64,000 bases of DNA from an uncultured delta proteobacterium (GCA_963821845.1 CAWGFI010000021.1:38404-102403), one strand, 5' to 3'. Counted from the stretch's first letter, positions 41,419 through 51,713 are shown. The notes: generated by a model from the letters alone, not told the origin. A program made the numbers and translations.

Positions 41419-42627
41419 TTAGACGATCGCTCCCTGCTCCTTGAGCCGGGCGATCTCGTCGTCATCGTAACCCAGTTCCTTCAGAACCTCGGCTGTGTGC
41501 TGGCCGAAACCAGGCGCTTCACGCCGCCAGGCGGCGGGCGTATCGCTGAAATTCCAGGGGAAACCGACCATTTTTATCTTGCCCCAGGCGGGGTGGTCCA
41601 CATCGATAAAATAGTTGTTGGCCAGCGCCTGGGGGTCCTGCGAAACTTCCAGCGGACTCTGCACGGGCGTGCAGATGCATCTCGCCTTGTTGAGTATCTC
41701 CAACCACTCGTCACGGGTTTTGGTCGCGAACTTCTGATCGAAGATGGCCACCAGTTCCCTGGCGTTTTGGCCTCGAGCCTTAACGCTGTTAAAGCGGGGA
41801 TCGTCCACCAGCTCTTCCAATTCCAGGGCTTTACAGACCAGGGGCCAGTGGCGCTCGGGATCGAGATGGGCGATGGCGATCCATTTGTCGTCGCCGCAGC
41901 GGTAATGGCTGTAGATGGGGTTGCCCGCCTCGGCTCTGACTTCCCGGGGAAATTCCTTGCCCAGGGTGGCGGGCGCCGCCATGATCAACCCCAACGAGGC
42001 GATCAGGCTGCCCATGAGGGAGGTGTCCACCACCTGCCCCTTGCCGGTTTTCTCCCGCGCGAAAAGGGCGGCGGTGACGCCCCAGGCGCACATCAACGCT
42101 CCCAGTTCGTCGCCGATTCCCGGAAGGATCTGGGTGGGCTCGGCGCCTCGTTCGCCGCAGCACAGCATGAGCCCGCTGCGGGCGATGCCCGTATAATCGA
42201 ACGAGAGATCCAGCGCGTTGGGGCCCTTGCGTCCCCAGCCCGAGGCGTGAGCGTAGATAAGTCGGGGATTTCTGGCCAGCAGGGTTTCGGGATCGATGCC
42301 CATCCGTTGCGGCGCTCCGATACTCAGGTTGTTCAGGAAGACGTCGGCGGTGTCGATCAGCTTGAGAAACACCTCCATCCCGGCTTCCGATTTCATATCC
42401 AGAACCACGCCGCGTTTGTTGCGGTTGTTGTGTTCAAAGTAGTAGTTGTTTCCTTCCAGCCCGGACATGGCGCCAATGATTCTCATAAACGCGCGGCCCG
42501 GATCACCCGTTTTCGCTTCGATCTTGATGACGTCCGCGCCCAAGTCCCCAAGTCGGGCGCCGGCGACGGGCCCCTGCTGGAACATGGTCAGTTCTACCAC
42601 TTTGATCCCTTCTAATGGTCCATTCAT
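41419..42627 (-). CDS. CoA-transferase family III (CaiB/BaiF) protein
   Basis: VVELTMFQQGPVAGARLGDLGADVIKIE is typical of the family N-terminus. Start at MNGPLEG with an AAGGAGG SD. Confidence 0.8.
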   Translation of the reverse strand: MNGPLEGIKVVELTMFQQGPVAGARLGDLGADVIKIEAKTGDPGRAFMRIIGAMSGLEGNNYYFEHNNRNKRGVVLDMKSEAGMEVFLKLIDTADVFLNNLSIGAPQRMGIDPETLLARNPRLIYAHASGWGRKGPNALDLSFDYTGIARSGLMLCCGERGAEPTQILPGIGDELGALMCAWGVTAALFAREKTGKGQVVDTSLMGSLIASLGLIMAAPATLGKEFPREVRAEAGNPIYSHYRCGDDKWIAIAHLDPERHWPLVCKALELEELVDDPRFNSVKARGQNARELVAIFDQKFATKTRDEWLEILNKARCICTPVQSPLEVSQDPQALANNYFIDVDHPAWGKIKMVGFPWNFSDTPAAWRREAPGFGQHTAEVLKELGYDDDEIARLKEQGAIV

Positions 42628-42689
42628 GGCGCTTTGTAAATCCTCCTTCGATTCAGGTATCGTATGATATGGAAGCCCGGCTTCCAGTG

Positions 42690-43790
42690 TTAGGTCATCC
42701 AAACCGCTTCCAGCGAAGCGCCCGAAAAATCCACCACCATCAGGGGATGGTTGTTTTTCAGGTCCCAGGGAACGAACCAGGCGATATCGTTGAGCGTGGC
42801 GACGTCCTCGGTATGTTCGGCCACGATCTGTTTGGCTTTCGCCACGGTGGACTTGATTTTCCGTTCCAGATTCATGGTTTTGTTGAGTTTCATCAGATCG
42901 GGCGAGAGCTGCAATTGTTCCACAGCCTCGTCCCAGTGAATGCCGTTAACCCGCTTCCACAAAACATACGCGTTTCCGCGATTTCGTATGATCAGCAGGG
43001 GAGGGTTGGGCACGATTCGCGCCATGTGCGCCGTGGACTTCTCCAGCGCGGGCGCCAGTTCGTCGAACAGCCGGGCCTTGCTCCGCACGATGGGCATGAG
43101 CCGGGCCTGGATGCGTTCGAAGATGTAATCTTCCCCTTCGATGGTGATTTCCTTGAGCCTGGAGGGGTCGAACCCCAGATCCATCAGATCGCCCAGGGTG
43201 AGGCGCATTTCGGGCGCGCCCTTTCGTTCTTCCAGCCAGGCCATGAAGCTTGGCCGCCGGTAGTTGGGCAGCGACTCGATGATCACGGAAGGGTTATCCC
43301 TCACATTTTCGGGCAAACGCGCCCACAGGCTTTCGTCGCCGTATTCCAGGGTCGGCTTGCCCGACAGCTCCCGGGGGGCGTACGACTGCATGGGCATGGC
43401 CGCTATCCCGGGCGCCAGGGTTATCTGTTCCATGGACTCGCCGCCGGTGTAGCCGATCAGTTCGCCGATTCTGCGCCGGAAGGATATGAGCTTGGTCACG
43501 AACCGGGTAAACATGAAGCGCATCAGGGGCGAGAACTCGCCGCTTTCGATGTCGCGCTGGAAGTAGGCGAGCAGGGCTTCGTGCAGGTTTTTGAATTCGG
43601 CGATGGTTTGGCGCACCATCATTTCGTTGTCGCGCATGTCGATGGCCGCGCGTTTCCTGCGCAGGTGCGTCAGGAGCTTGCGCAGCGGCCAATGGATGTC
43701 TTTTCCCTCGAACTGCGGAGGAACATAGACCATGTAGCTGTCGTCGGCGTCCTCGTCCGACCCACCGGTGATGGTTTCGATGGGCGCCAT
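42690..43790 (-). CDS. Hypothetical protein (possibly the C-terminal part of a GNAT fusion)
   Basis: 366-aa ORF with no motif recognised. Its ATG has no SD and overlaps the out-of-frame tail of the upstream GNAT ORF. Confidence 0.4.
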   Translation of the reverse strand: MAPIETITGGSDEDADDSYMVYVPPQFEGKDIHWPLRKLLTHLRRKRAAIDMRDNEMMVRQTIAEFKNLHEALLAYFQRDIESGEFSPLMRFMFTRFVTKLISFRRRIGELIGYTGGESMEQITLAPGIAAMPMQSYAPRELSGKPTLEYGDESLWARLPENVRDNPSVIIESLPNYRRPSFMAWLEERKGAPEMRLTLGDLMDLGFDPSRLKEITIEGEDYIFERIQARLMPIVRSKARLFDELAPALEKSTAHMARIVPNPPLLIIRNRGNAYVLWKRVNGIHWDEAVEQLQLSPDLMKLNKTMNLERKIKSTVAKAKQIVAEHTEDVATLNDIAWFVPWDLKNNHPLMVVDFSGASLEAVWMT

Positions 43791-44275
43791 CCCAGTTTTT
43801 CATAAATGGAATAGGTGGGGTCGTCCTCGGGAATGATGTTGTCCAGAACGCCCAGGGCCGACTTCTTGACGAGGAATTCGCCAAAATAATCCAGAATGCG
43901 GGCGCCCACGCCCTTGCGGCGAAAGGGGGCGGAAACCTCCACGTAGACCAGGTAATAGCTGGGAAGCGGCTTCTTTAAATAGAGCATGTTCAGCCGGCCG
44001 ATATTTTCCCCGGATTCGGCGTTGACTTCGACCACGTGGAACCCATTGGGTGAATCCTCGGGTTTGAGCCGGTCGATTTTGCTGCCCGAAACCGTGGAAC
44101 CGACCAAGGTCCACAGGTCGCTGAAAAGATCCGCGACCATGGGGGAGTCCGATGATTTCTGGCGCATACCTTCGTCGATGAGGTTGATAAGGGCAAGCCT
44201 GTCGCCGATGGTCAGCATGATGTTATCCTCGTCGCTGGGCTGGTTGGCGGCCCTTGGAAGGCTTGTAGTCGCCAT
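43670..44275 (-). CDS. GNAT family acetyltransferase domain protein
   Basis: GNAT motif A region YLVYVEVSAPFRRKGVGARILDYFGEFLV and domain end SIYEKLGW. The last ~45 codons (RPSKPSPVGRTRTPTTATW...) look like out-of-frame read-through. Confidence 0.5.
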   Translation of the reverse strand: MATTSLPRAANQPSDEDNIMLTIGDRLALINLIDEGMRQKSSDSPMVADLFSDLWTLVGSTVSGSKIDRLKPEDSPNGFHVVEVNAESGENIGRLNMLYLKKPLPSYYLVYVEVSAPFRRKGVGARILDYFGEFLVKKSALGVLDNIIPEDDPTYSIYEKLGWRPSKPSPVGRTRTPTTATWSMFLRSSREKTSIGRCASS

Positions 44276-44317
44276 GCCGTTTATTTCTCCGTCCGTTTCC
44301 CTACAGGTCGAATTTAC

Positions 44318-44343
44318 AAAAAAAAGCGGAGCATGCGCTCCGC
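44318..44343 (-). terminator. Rho-independent terminator for the cyclase gene (GCGGAGC-atgc-GCTCCGC + T8 on the minus strand)
   Basis: On the plus strand this is an A8 run followed by a perfect 7-bp inverted repeat, i.e. stem then U-tract on the minus strand. Confidence 0.6.
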
Positions 44344-44769
44344 TTCCAATCCCTATTACTCCGCGTCGTCACATACTCATACCCGGATGTGAGCTGCTAA
44401 AATAAAAATAAAAGCCTGACGCGAGATATAATAAATACATGAGGACATCTATACTCCGGGCCGCCGTTGTTGTCAAGTAAGATAAACGTTGGGGTAGGGA
44501 GCTAATCTGAAAGTGAGACATAAGAAATATGGACTATGGCCCTTTCCCTTCGGAAAGGAGGTTACTCGCGCCACACCCAACTCAGCTCGCGATTTCTGAC
44601 CTTACAGCAAGCGTTTTCTGTGTCTTTCATCTGATACGCAGGTCCTTCCAAAATCCCGCCTCCTTGGAAAGCGAAGGGGCAAAACATTAAAACTGCAGAA
44701 CATTTATATAATCTCGGTGGATTTCATGTTGTGGCAAGTTTTCTTCAATATCCACGCCCTCGGCGTTGT

Positions 44770-46523
44770 TTAACATCTTATGGAGTACAAGGTGGCTTCT
44801 CCCGAGACTCCCTTGAGACGGGCGTTGAATTTTTGCTGGATTGGCAGTTTGTCCTTCAGGTGGGAAAAAATCGATTCCGTCACGATCACTTCTCCCCCCT
44901 TGGCCAATGATTGTATGCGGGCGGTAAAGTTTACCGGCGCGCCTACCACGCCATATTTCGCCCGGGTCTCCGAGCCGATATTTCCCACGACCACTTTATC
45001 CGCATGCACGCCGATTCCCATACTCAGTTTCGGCAATCCCGCCGCTTTTCCTTCCAGGTTGAAGTCAATCATGGCGCGCTGCATTTCCGACGCGCACTTG
45101 ACGGCGGCATCGGCCTTATCCGCGACAGGCCCGCCCAGGGGATCAAAAAACACCAGGACCGCGTCTCCAAAAAAATCAACGATGATTCCATGGTGGCGCT
45201 CGATTATGGAAATCATGTGGCTGAAATAACGGTTAATGATTCGTATGATTTTTTCAGGCTCAAGCGTCTCGCAGAGCGGAGTAAAATTGCGCAGGTCGGA
45301 CATCAAAATCGCGACTTCCCGTTTTATGCCGCCAAGCCTGGCCGCCTCCGGGTTGTTCAGAAGTTCCTCGGCCACGGTCCGGTCAACATATCTCCCGAAA
45401 GTGTCACGCAGGAAATCCCGCTGTTTGAGTTCCTCGACCATGACGTTAAAGGTCTCGGTGAGCTGCCCAATCTCATCACGTGACTTTACCTGCAGCGGTT
45501 GTCCATAGTCGCCCGCCGCAATTTTTTGAGCTTTGTCGGAAACCCCTTTTATCAGTTTTACCGTTTTCCCGGCTGAAGTCCTTAGATACAGGAGCATGAG
45601 GAGGATGATGAGCGAACCGACCAGGAAATAGTACCTGCGAAACTTCAGAATGGGGGCCAGGATTTTCGCTCTGGGCGCGTATACGATCAAGGCCCAGGGC
45701 ACATCTTTCAGCGTATAGAAACCGGCCACCTCATTTTTCGGGGCTTCACCGCTGAAAACCACGCCATCGTGTTTGGTCCTGATCGCCTGCAGCAATTCCA
45801 ATTTAAACGGGTCTCCACTGGCGCCAAGTTGCGTCTTTCCCTCATCCACCAGCCCGGTGTGCGCAATGTAGCGACCCGAGGAATCGACCAGGCACGCTTT
45901 ATCCGCCTGCCACCAACTCAATGAAACCACGTCCTTCATCAGATAATCGAAATTCAGCGTTACTTCGAATTCGCCGACCACTTCGTCATCGGTGTTGAGC
46001 AGATAGGAAATCAAGCCTACGGTGTGCTTCTTGATTTCCGGATCGAATCGGGGGAAGATAGTATTACCGGTCCGCCGGAGTGGAATTGCATCATTTGCCC
46101 TTCACCCTCCATCATTTGTCCCTCACTCCCCATCATCTGACCACTTCTCCCCACCATGGAACCGCCCATGGAATTCCGTGACATCATATTCAATTCACCA
46201 GGCTGGGGCGTCCATTTGAGGCTGACCCGTTCCACCCCCTCAAGCTTACGAAACTGGGATAGAAACCATTTTTGCATTTGCTGGGAAGGCTCACGGCTCT
46301 CGCCGGCCACCTTGATAAAAATGGACATCCACTCCATGGGCTTATTCACCCGCATGGTGATCAGGTGCGCGGCCCGCTGCAGCCTGAGCATGGATGATTC
46401 CTGCCATTGTTTGAACATCTTGTCGCGGGCGTAGATGAATCCCACGGCGCCGGCAAAAAGCATCATCAGCGCAAGCGGAATAATTATTATGAAGGTAAGA
46501 CGTTGTTTGAGGCTCCTAAACAT
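44770..46523 (-). pseudogene. Membrane class III adenylate/guanylate cyclase (TM, periplasmic domain with Met-rich GxxGQMM repeats, TM, HAMP, cyclase), split by one frameshift near 46020-46060
   Basis: ORF 46017..46523 covers TM1 plus the periplasmic N-half, ending ...GQMMGSEGQMMEGEGQMMQFHSGGPV. ORF 44770..46014 (TTG start) covers the rest: TM, HAMP (IGQLTETFNVMVEELKQ) and CYCc (LMSDLRNFT...FFGDAVLVFF...GVHADKVVVGNIGS...GAPVNFTARIQ). Its frame is open 28 codons upstream (GNTIFPRFDPEIKKHTVG). Confidence 0.7.
46089..46152. repeat. Three tandem ~21-bp repeats (CATCATTTGCCCTTCACCCTC-like) inside the cyclase gene, encoding GxxGQMM x3
   Basis: Direct tandem repeats read from the sequence. On the minus strand they encode EGEGQMM / GSEGQMM / GRSGQMM. 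Confidence 0.6.
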
Positions 46524-46801
46524 GGTTTTTCACATCCTTCACCAGGGATATATATTCGAGCGGGAGGCGCTTGACGACTATCGTAACCATAATAATCGGG
46601 AATGCGCCAGTTTTTTCACGAAAAACAGCCCACGCATTATGTAACAGAGGTCATTGACTGTCGGCCCGAACGACGTGGTTTTCTCCTTTTGATGCTCTTG
46701 TGACCATGACGCGTCTCATGCATATTAAAGAAAGTGACTCATTGCGCCTATCGAACCGGAGCGTTTAAGCTCCAAGGAAATTTTTTCTGATGGTCCTTAT
46801 G

Positions 46802-47524
46802 ATGGAATCGGCCCACGGAACGGATATCGGGAAGAAGAGAAAAATCAACCAGGATATCGCGTTTGCGCGCCGCGAGCGGGGTATTTTTCTGTTGGCCGAC
46901 GGAATGGGCGGTCATGCAGCCGGCGAAGTGGCGAGCGCCATCGCGGTCGAGGAAGCGTTCGCCTATCTGGATAAAGGGCTGGATCGAAGTCTGACGCCCA
47001 AGGACATGGCCAATCTGTTGAAGGACTCCGTCATCAGAGCCCACAACGCCATTAAAAGAAAAGCACAGTCCGATGAAAGCCTTGCCGATATGGGTACGAC
47101 GCTGGTGGAGCTTATCATTAAGGGAGCCGACGCGTATGTCTGTCACGTGGGCGACAGTCGGGCCTATGTGCTCAGAGATGAGTTGAGTCTGATAACCGCC
47201 GACCATACTATCGATTTCTCCATTCGTGACTATCTGAATAGGAGCGCCCCAAAAGAGCCGGCTCGAAGATCGCACATGCTTACGCAAGCGGTGGGTGTCT
47301 CCGATGAACCGGTACCGGAGATACATCATGTGGAGTTGATGAAGCATGATCTGTTTCTGCTCTGTTCCGACGGGCTCACGGACATGTTGACCGACCAGGC
47401 GATATACCGGATTGCCAGAGAATTTAGCGGAAATCTGGAAAAGGCCGTGCATGAACTTATTGCGGAGGCCAACAGAAAGGGCGGACGCGATAACATTTCC
47501 GTGATACTGGTCCGCGCCGATTGA
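46802..47524 (+). CDS. PP2C-family Ser/Thr protein phosphatase
   Basis: GTDIGKKRKINQD...FLLADGMGGHAAGEVAS...CSDGL are PP2C/Stp motifs. Confidence 0.8.
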   Translation: MESAHGTDIGKKRKINQDIAFARRERGIFLLADGMGGHAAGEVASAIAVEEAFAYLDKGLDRSLTPKDMANLLKDSVIRAHNAIKRKAQSDESLADMGTTLVELIIKGADAYVCHVGDSRAYVLRDELSLITADHTIDFSIRDYLNRSAPKEPARRSHMLTQAVGVSDEPVPEIHHVELMKHDLFLLCSDGLTDMLTDQAIYRIAREFSGNLEKAVHELIAEANRKGGRDNISVILVRAD

Positions 47525-47572
47525 CCCCGGGAGCCACAATCGTTTTCGAATTCGTCGTTTTCGATTTTCCAA

Positions 47573-49447
47573 TCATTTGAGACCGGAAAGGTCCGAGACG
47601 CTGATAGCGCAGCGGAATCCTACATTATCAAAAGCTTCCCATGGATTTCTTGTTACGGCGGTTGGAAGAATTTCGTATTGCGATGGCTTTTTATGGTTTG
47701 ACCTGACCCACTCTCGCGCATTGGCGGTCAAGCCTCTGATTCCATATTTGTCGGGAAGAAACAGACTCACCGGAGAAATCCTTTTGGGTTGCGGGGGCCG
47801 CGCGGGAACGGGCGCCGGAGCGCTCCCGCCCATCATTTGCGACATCATGTCGTCGCCCCCGCTTTCTTCCTGCCGCGGCTCTTCCTGTTTGATTTCGCCG
47901 TGTTTCTGCACGAACAGCCATTCGGCCATGCTCGCAAGCCTGCGGCCGTAGTAGCGCGCGTAGGCGGACGCGCCGTAACCCGTGACCCTCACCACCGGAT
48001 TGGCGGCGAAAATAGGGTCCTGAATCTCGAACTTGCCATTCCTGAAAACAATCGGTGTATATCCCTTGGAAACGGGGCCGAGCATGAGCCATATATCGGC
48101 CCCGGATTTCACCAGGTTTCCCTCCACCTGGAGCTTTGAAAGGACACTGTTCAGAAAGATTACATATTGGTGGTTCGTGACCTCGGTTTCGTCCATATAA
48201 AACGGCGCCACTTGAACCACCGTCTGCGCCTCGGCGCCGGAACTTTCCGGAATGGCCAGCTCTCCCCCTGGAATCAGCCGCATGATCTCGCCATCCCGAG
48301 CCCTCACCGACGAGGCCGGTTCGGATGACGAGGACGCCTGCGTCGGAGGCGCTGTCGGTTCCTCGGAGGCGCCGGAAGGCGCCGTCTCGACGACCGGAGG
48401 CAGGGTAACAGGCGGCGGCGTTTGTTCGCGATGATACATGATGTGTATCACGATCGAAGCGACCAGGCCCACTATGAGAAAACCTATGAAAATCCGTTGA
48501 TTTCTTTTACGCCTCCTTCTATCGATGGGGCGCGCGCCGGCGGCGGGAATCGGGGCGCCTTCTTCTTCCACGATATCCAGCAGCTCCTCGCGCAGCGCCT
48601 GAACGGTGGAAGTTCTGTCGCTTAGATTTTCAGCGGTGGCCTGCTGGATAATCCGGTCAAGCTTTTTCAGCAGGGTTGTGTCCGGATCCTTTAAATGGGC
48701 AGTCTTGAACACAAACGCCGTTTCCCTGGTCAGATTTCCGGCCACGGCCTCGCACAGTATCTTCCCCAGCGAATAAATATCGGCCCGGCTATCGGTTTCA
48801 GCCATGTCCATAAACTGCTCGGGTGCCTGGTAGGGAGCGGTTCCGAAAATGTGATAGGACTGGGTAACCCGGCGCCACCTCGCGCCCCCGGCCAGCCCGA
48901 AATCGGTGATCTTGGGCGTGACGCCGTCAATCAGGATATTTTCCGGCTTCAGGTCCCTGTGCACGATGTCCAGGGCGTGGATGGCTTCCACCCCATTCAA
49001 AACCGGAATAAAGTAATTCCGTATCCACTTCTTTATCTTTTCATCGCTCTCTTTTGCAAAGCCCTCGGGCGGCATGGTGGACCGCAGGTTAGGGCCCGCG
49101 ATGTACTCCATGGCGATATATTCAATCGAATGTTCGACCCCCTTTATGGTGATTTCCGCCTGGTCCTGATCGTATACCTGCAGCACGTTGGGATGCCGAA
49201 CCTGAGCCATGGCCCGCACTTCGCGAAAAAAACGGTCGAGGATAGATTGCATTTCATCTTCGTCTTCTTCGATCGACGCGAGAAATTCCTGGGAAAGAAT
49301 CTTGACCGCGACATATCGCTCCAGCTTTATCTGGCGGGCCCGGTAGATTTCCGCCATTCCGCCGGTGGCGATGTGGTCCAGTATTTCCCACTTATCGTTC
49401 AGTACGTCTCCCTTATCGAGTAAGGGATCTTTCTTCTTTGGGGCCAT
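47573..49447 (-). CDS. Ser/Thr protein kinase with TM segment and C-terminal FGE-sulfatase (SUMF1-like) domain
   Basis: Kinase motifs VAVKIL, HRDLKPENILI and DFGLA. TM helix IFIGFLIVGLVASIVIHIM. C-terminal domain with GIRGLTANAREWV...GFRCA, typical of the formylglycine-generating-enzyme fold. Confidence 0.8.
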   Translation of the reverse strand: MAPKKKDPLLDKGDVLNDKWEILDHIATGGMAEIYRARQIKLERYVAVKILSQEFLASIEEDEDEMQSILDRFFREVRAMAQVRHPNVLQVYDQDQAEITIKGVEHSIEYIAMEYIAGPNLRSTMPPEGFAKESDEKIKKWIRNYFIPVLNGVEAIHALDIVHRDLKPENILIDGVTPKITDFGLAGGARWRRVTQSYHIFGTAPYQAPEQFMDMAETDSRADIYSLGKILCEAVAGNLTRETAFVFKTAHLKDPDTTLLKKLDRIIQQATAENLSDRTSTVQALREELLDIVEEEGAPIPAAGARPIDRRRRKRNQRIFIGFLIVGLVASIVIHIMYHREQTPPPVTLPPVVETAPSGASEEPTAPPTQASSSSEPASSVRARDGEIMRLIPGGELAIPESSGAEAQTVVQVAPFYMDETEVTNHQYVIFLNSVLSKLQVEGNLVKSGADIWLMLGPVSKGYTPIVFRNGKFEIQDPIFAANPVVRVTGYGASAYARYYGRRLASMAEWLFVQKHGEIKQEEPRQEESGGDDMMSQMMGGSAPAPVPARPPQPKRISPVSLFLPDKYGIRGLTANAREWVRSNHKKPSQYEILPTAVTRNPWEAFDNVGFRCAISVSDLSGLK

Positions 49448-49922
49448 CAGGCCTATTCCTCAAGCGTCTCCATGCGGAATCGTTTTATAATTTAAAGTGG
49501 TCCAGGCGTTTCAAGCAATGCTCCGCTTTTAGTATGGCAATGAGTATGCCATCGCGGGCGTCTTTCCAGCTTGATATTGTTTCATAGTTTGCTCTGGGGC
49601 GCCAAATATTTTATAATAAAATTAGCTAATTTCCTTGAAACAGGGCGGTTTGCAATCCCAAAAATCAGCGATAGTTCTTTTTTTGATCGCTATCCACTTT
49701 TTGATGAGCGGCTACTTAGTATCCAACGATACGGCTGGACATGGATAGAATTTATCCGGTTTAGGAATCCAGACCCCTGGAAGGTTTGGCTGCGATCCCT
49801 TAAGGCGCGTAAAGCGCCGCGTCCACGAGATGACTGGCATGGCTTTTGCCTCTTTAGAATTTTACCATGGGGGGAGAGAAAAAGCAGAGGCCAACCGGCG
49901 CAATCCGAGAGGCGGAGAAGAC

Positions 49923-51713
49923 ATGGGAAGAAAACACACCAGTAGTCAAGTCAAACTACGATTCCATGCTCTTGCGGGGCTCGTGACAGCCATCGTGGTC
50001 CTTTTGGGCCTGGCTGTTCCGGCTCACTCCAAGAGCATTTTCAAGGTTGGGATGCTGGGGGAACCCAAAACCCTGAATCCCTTCCAGGCCACGGACGCAT
50101 GGACCCGGCGGGTAACAGGGTTCATCTATCAGCCCCTCTATCTCATCGATCCCAAAACGCAGGAGTTGATTCCCTGGCTGGCCGCCGATCAGCCGGAATA
50201 TAACCTCCAGAATCGCACGGTTACTTTCCATCTGCGGCAAGCGAAGTGGAGTGATGGCTCGGATTTCAGCTCGCATGACGTGGTTTTTACGGCGGAGATA
50301 TTCAAGAGATTTCGAATTCCCCGTTACTATGACTACTGGAATTTCATTACCAAAATCGAGGCACTGGACAAGCTGACCGTTCGCCTCACGCTCGACCGGC
50401 CCCGGGCTATCCTCTTCTCCAGGACCTTGACGTCCTGGGTTGTATCGAAAAAACAGTGGGAGCCGGTGGTACTGGAAGCCGGGCGCGCGCTCAAAGGTCA
50501 GGCGAATGAGAGCGGGATGGATCCATATGAAGAAGGGGGGTCAGCGTTGGAGCACGCGCGAAATGTTATACTGACCCGCCAGGTAACCAGCCCGGTGGGT
50601 ATCGGCCCCTTTATCTTCAAGGAATGGAAAAAAAGAAACTACCTGATTTTGGAGAAAAATCCTGATTTTTTCGCGCGTGGAGACTCCGTCGCCGGCAGAA
50701 TCATCGGACCCTACATCGATACACTGATGCTGAAAAGGTATGATTCACTCGAAGCCGCGACATTGGCGCTCAAAGAAGGTCGAATTGATTTTCTTTGGAA
50801 GGGAGTGAGTCACGCTTTTGTGCAGGAGTTTGAAACCGATCCTAATATCGAGCTGATCGACTCCCTTGACAACGGATATCGTTATCTTGCCTTCAATCTT
50901 CGCAAACCACCCATGTCTGATCGCGCGTTTCGACAGGCCGTGGCCTATCTGATCGATAAGAACTTTTTGGTCGAACGGGTAATCCACAGTTTCGGGGTCA
51001 GATTGGACACAGTCGTTCCGCCCAATAACGAGTTTTATTTCAATCCCGATACGCCCACCTACGGGAAAGGCATGAGCAGGGATGAGCGAATTAAGGCGGC
51101 CTTCAACATATTATCCAAAGTTGGTTATCGCTGGAACAAACCTCCGGTAAATGACCGGGGGGAAATACAGAAGGGCGAAGGACTTCTTTTACCGGATGGT
51201 CGCTCAATCCCCACGCTGACTATCCTGACTCCCACCGCCGGCTACGATATTGAAATGGCTACGCCCGGACAGGTTATCCAACAATGGCTTCAGGAGTTCG
51301 GAATACCGGCGCGCTGGGAGCAGACGCCGTTCGCTAACCTGCTTGCGGAAATCAGAGAGGGAAAGAAGTTCGACATGTACATACTGGGGTGGAGAAGTCT
51401 CCCGACCGACCCTGATTACTTGAGAAGGTTTTTCAGCTCCTCTATCGATGGATCGAATCTATGGAATTATACCGGATATAAAAATCCGACTTTCGATCAC
51501 CTGGCGGAACTCCAGGCTTCGGCCATGTTTCTGAAAACGAGGCGTGAAATAGTATTCAATATGCAGGAGATACTCATGACTGATCTCCCCTATATTCCTC
51601 TCTTCGTGCCCGAGCGCCTCGAAGGAATCCGCAAGGACCGGGTGGAAATTGACAAAAAGATGTTCCAAGGCGTGGGGGGCCCCTGGCTGTTCAGTATCTT
51701 GAAGCTCAAATAG
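49923..51713 (+). CDS. ABC transporter substrate-binding protein, family 5 (peptide/nickel type)
   Basis: Signal peptide, then SBP_bac_5-like sequence (KSIFKVGMLGEPKTLNPF...). No permease or ATPase genes are adjacent, so it is an orphan SBP. Confidence 0.75.
   Translation: MGRKHTSSQVKLRFHALAGLVTAIVVLLGLAVPAHSKSIFKVGMLGEPKTLNPFQATDAWTRRVTGFIYQPLYLIDPKTQELIPWLAADQPEYNLQNRTVTFHLRQAKWSDGSDFSSHDVVFTAEIFKRFRIPRYYDYWNFITKIEALDKLTVRLTLDRPRAILFSRTLTSWVVSKKQWEPVVLEAGRALKGQANESGMDPYEEGGSALEHARNVILTRQVTSPVGIGPFIFKEWKKRNYLILEKNPDFFARGDSVAGRIIGPYIDTLMLKRYDSLEAATLALKEGRIDFLWKGVSHAFVQEFETDPNIELIDSLDNGYRYLAFNLRKPPMSDRAFRQAVAYLIDKNFLVERVIHSFGVRLDTVVPPNNEFYFNPDTPTYGKGMSRDERIKAAFNILSKVGYRWNKPPVNDRGEIQKGEGLLLPDGRSIPTLTILTPTAGYDIEMATPGQVIQQWLQEFGIPARWEQTPFANLLAEIREGKKFDMYILGWRSLPTDPDYLRRFFSSSIDGSNLWNYTGYKNPTFDHLAELQASAMFLKTRREIVFNMQEILMTDLPYIPLFVPERLEGIRKDRVEIDKKMFQGVGGPWLFSILKLK

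Noticed and set aside
41368-43805. Two long plus-strand ORFs (415 and 396 aa) opposite the CoA-transferase and the hypothetical gene
   Set aside because: Low-complexity G/R/H/P-rich antisense ORFs.
46089-46152. Tandem repeats as a possible CRISPR or minisatellite
   Set aside because: Only three degenerate 21-bp units with no spacers and inside a coding region. They encode the GxxGQMM peptide repeat, so it is not a CRISPR array.
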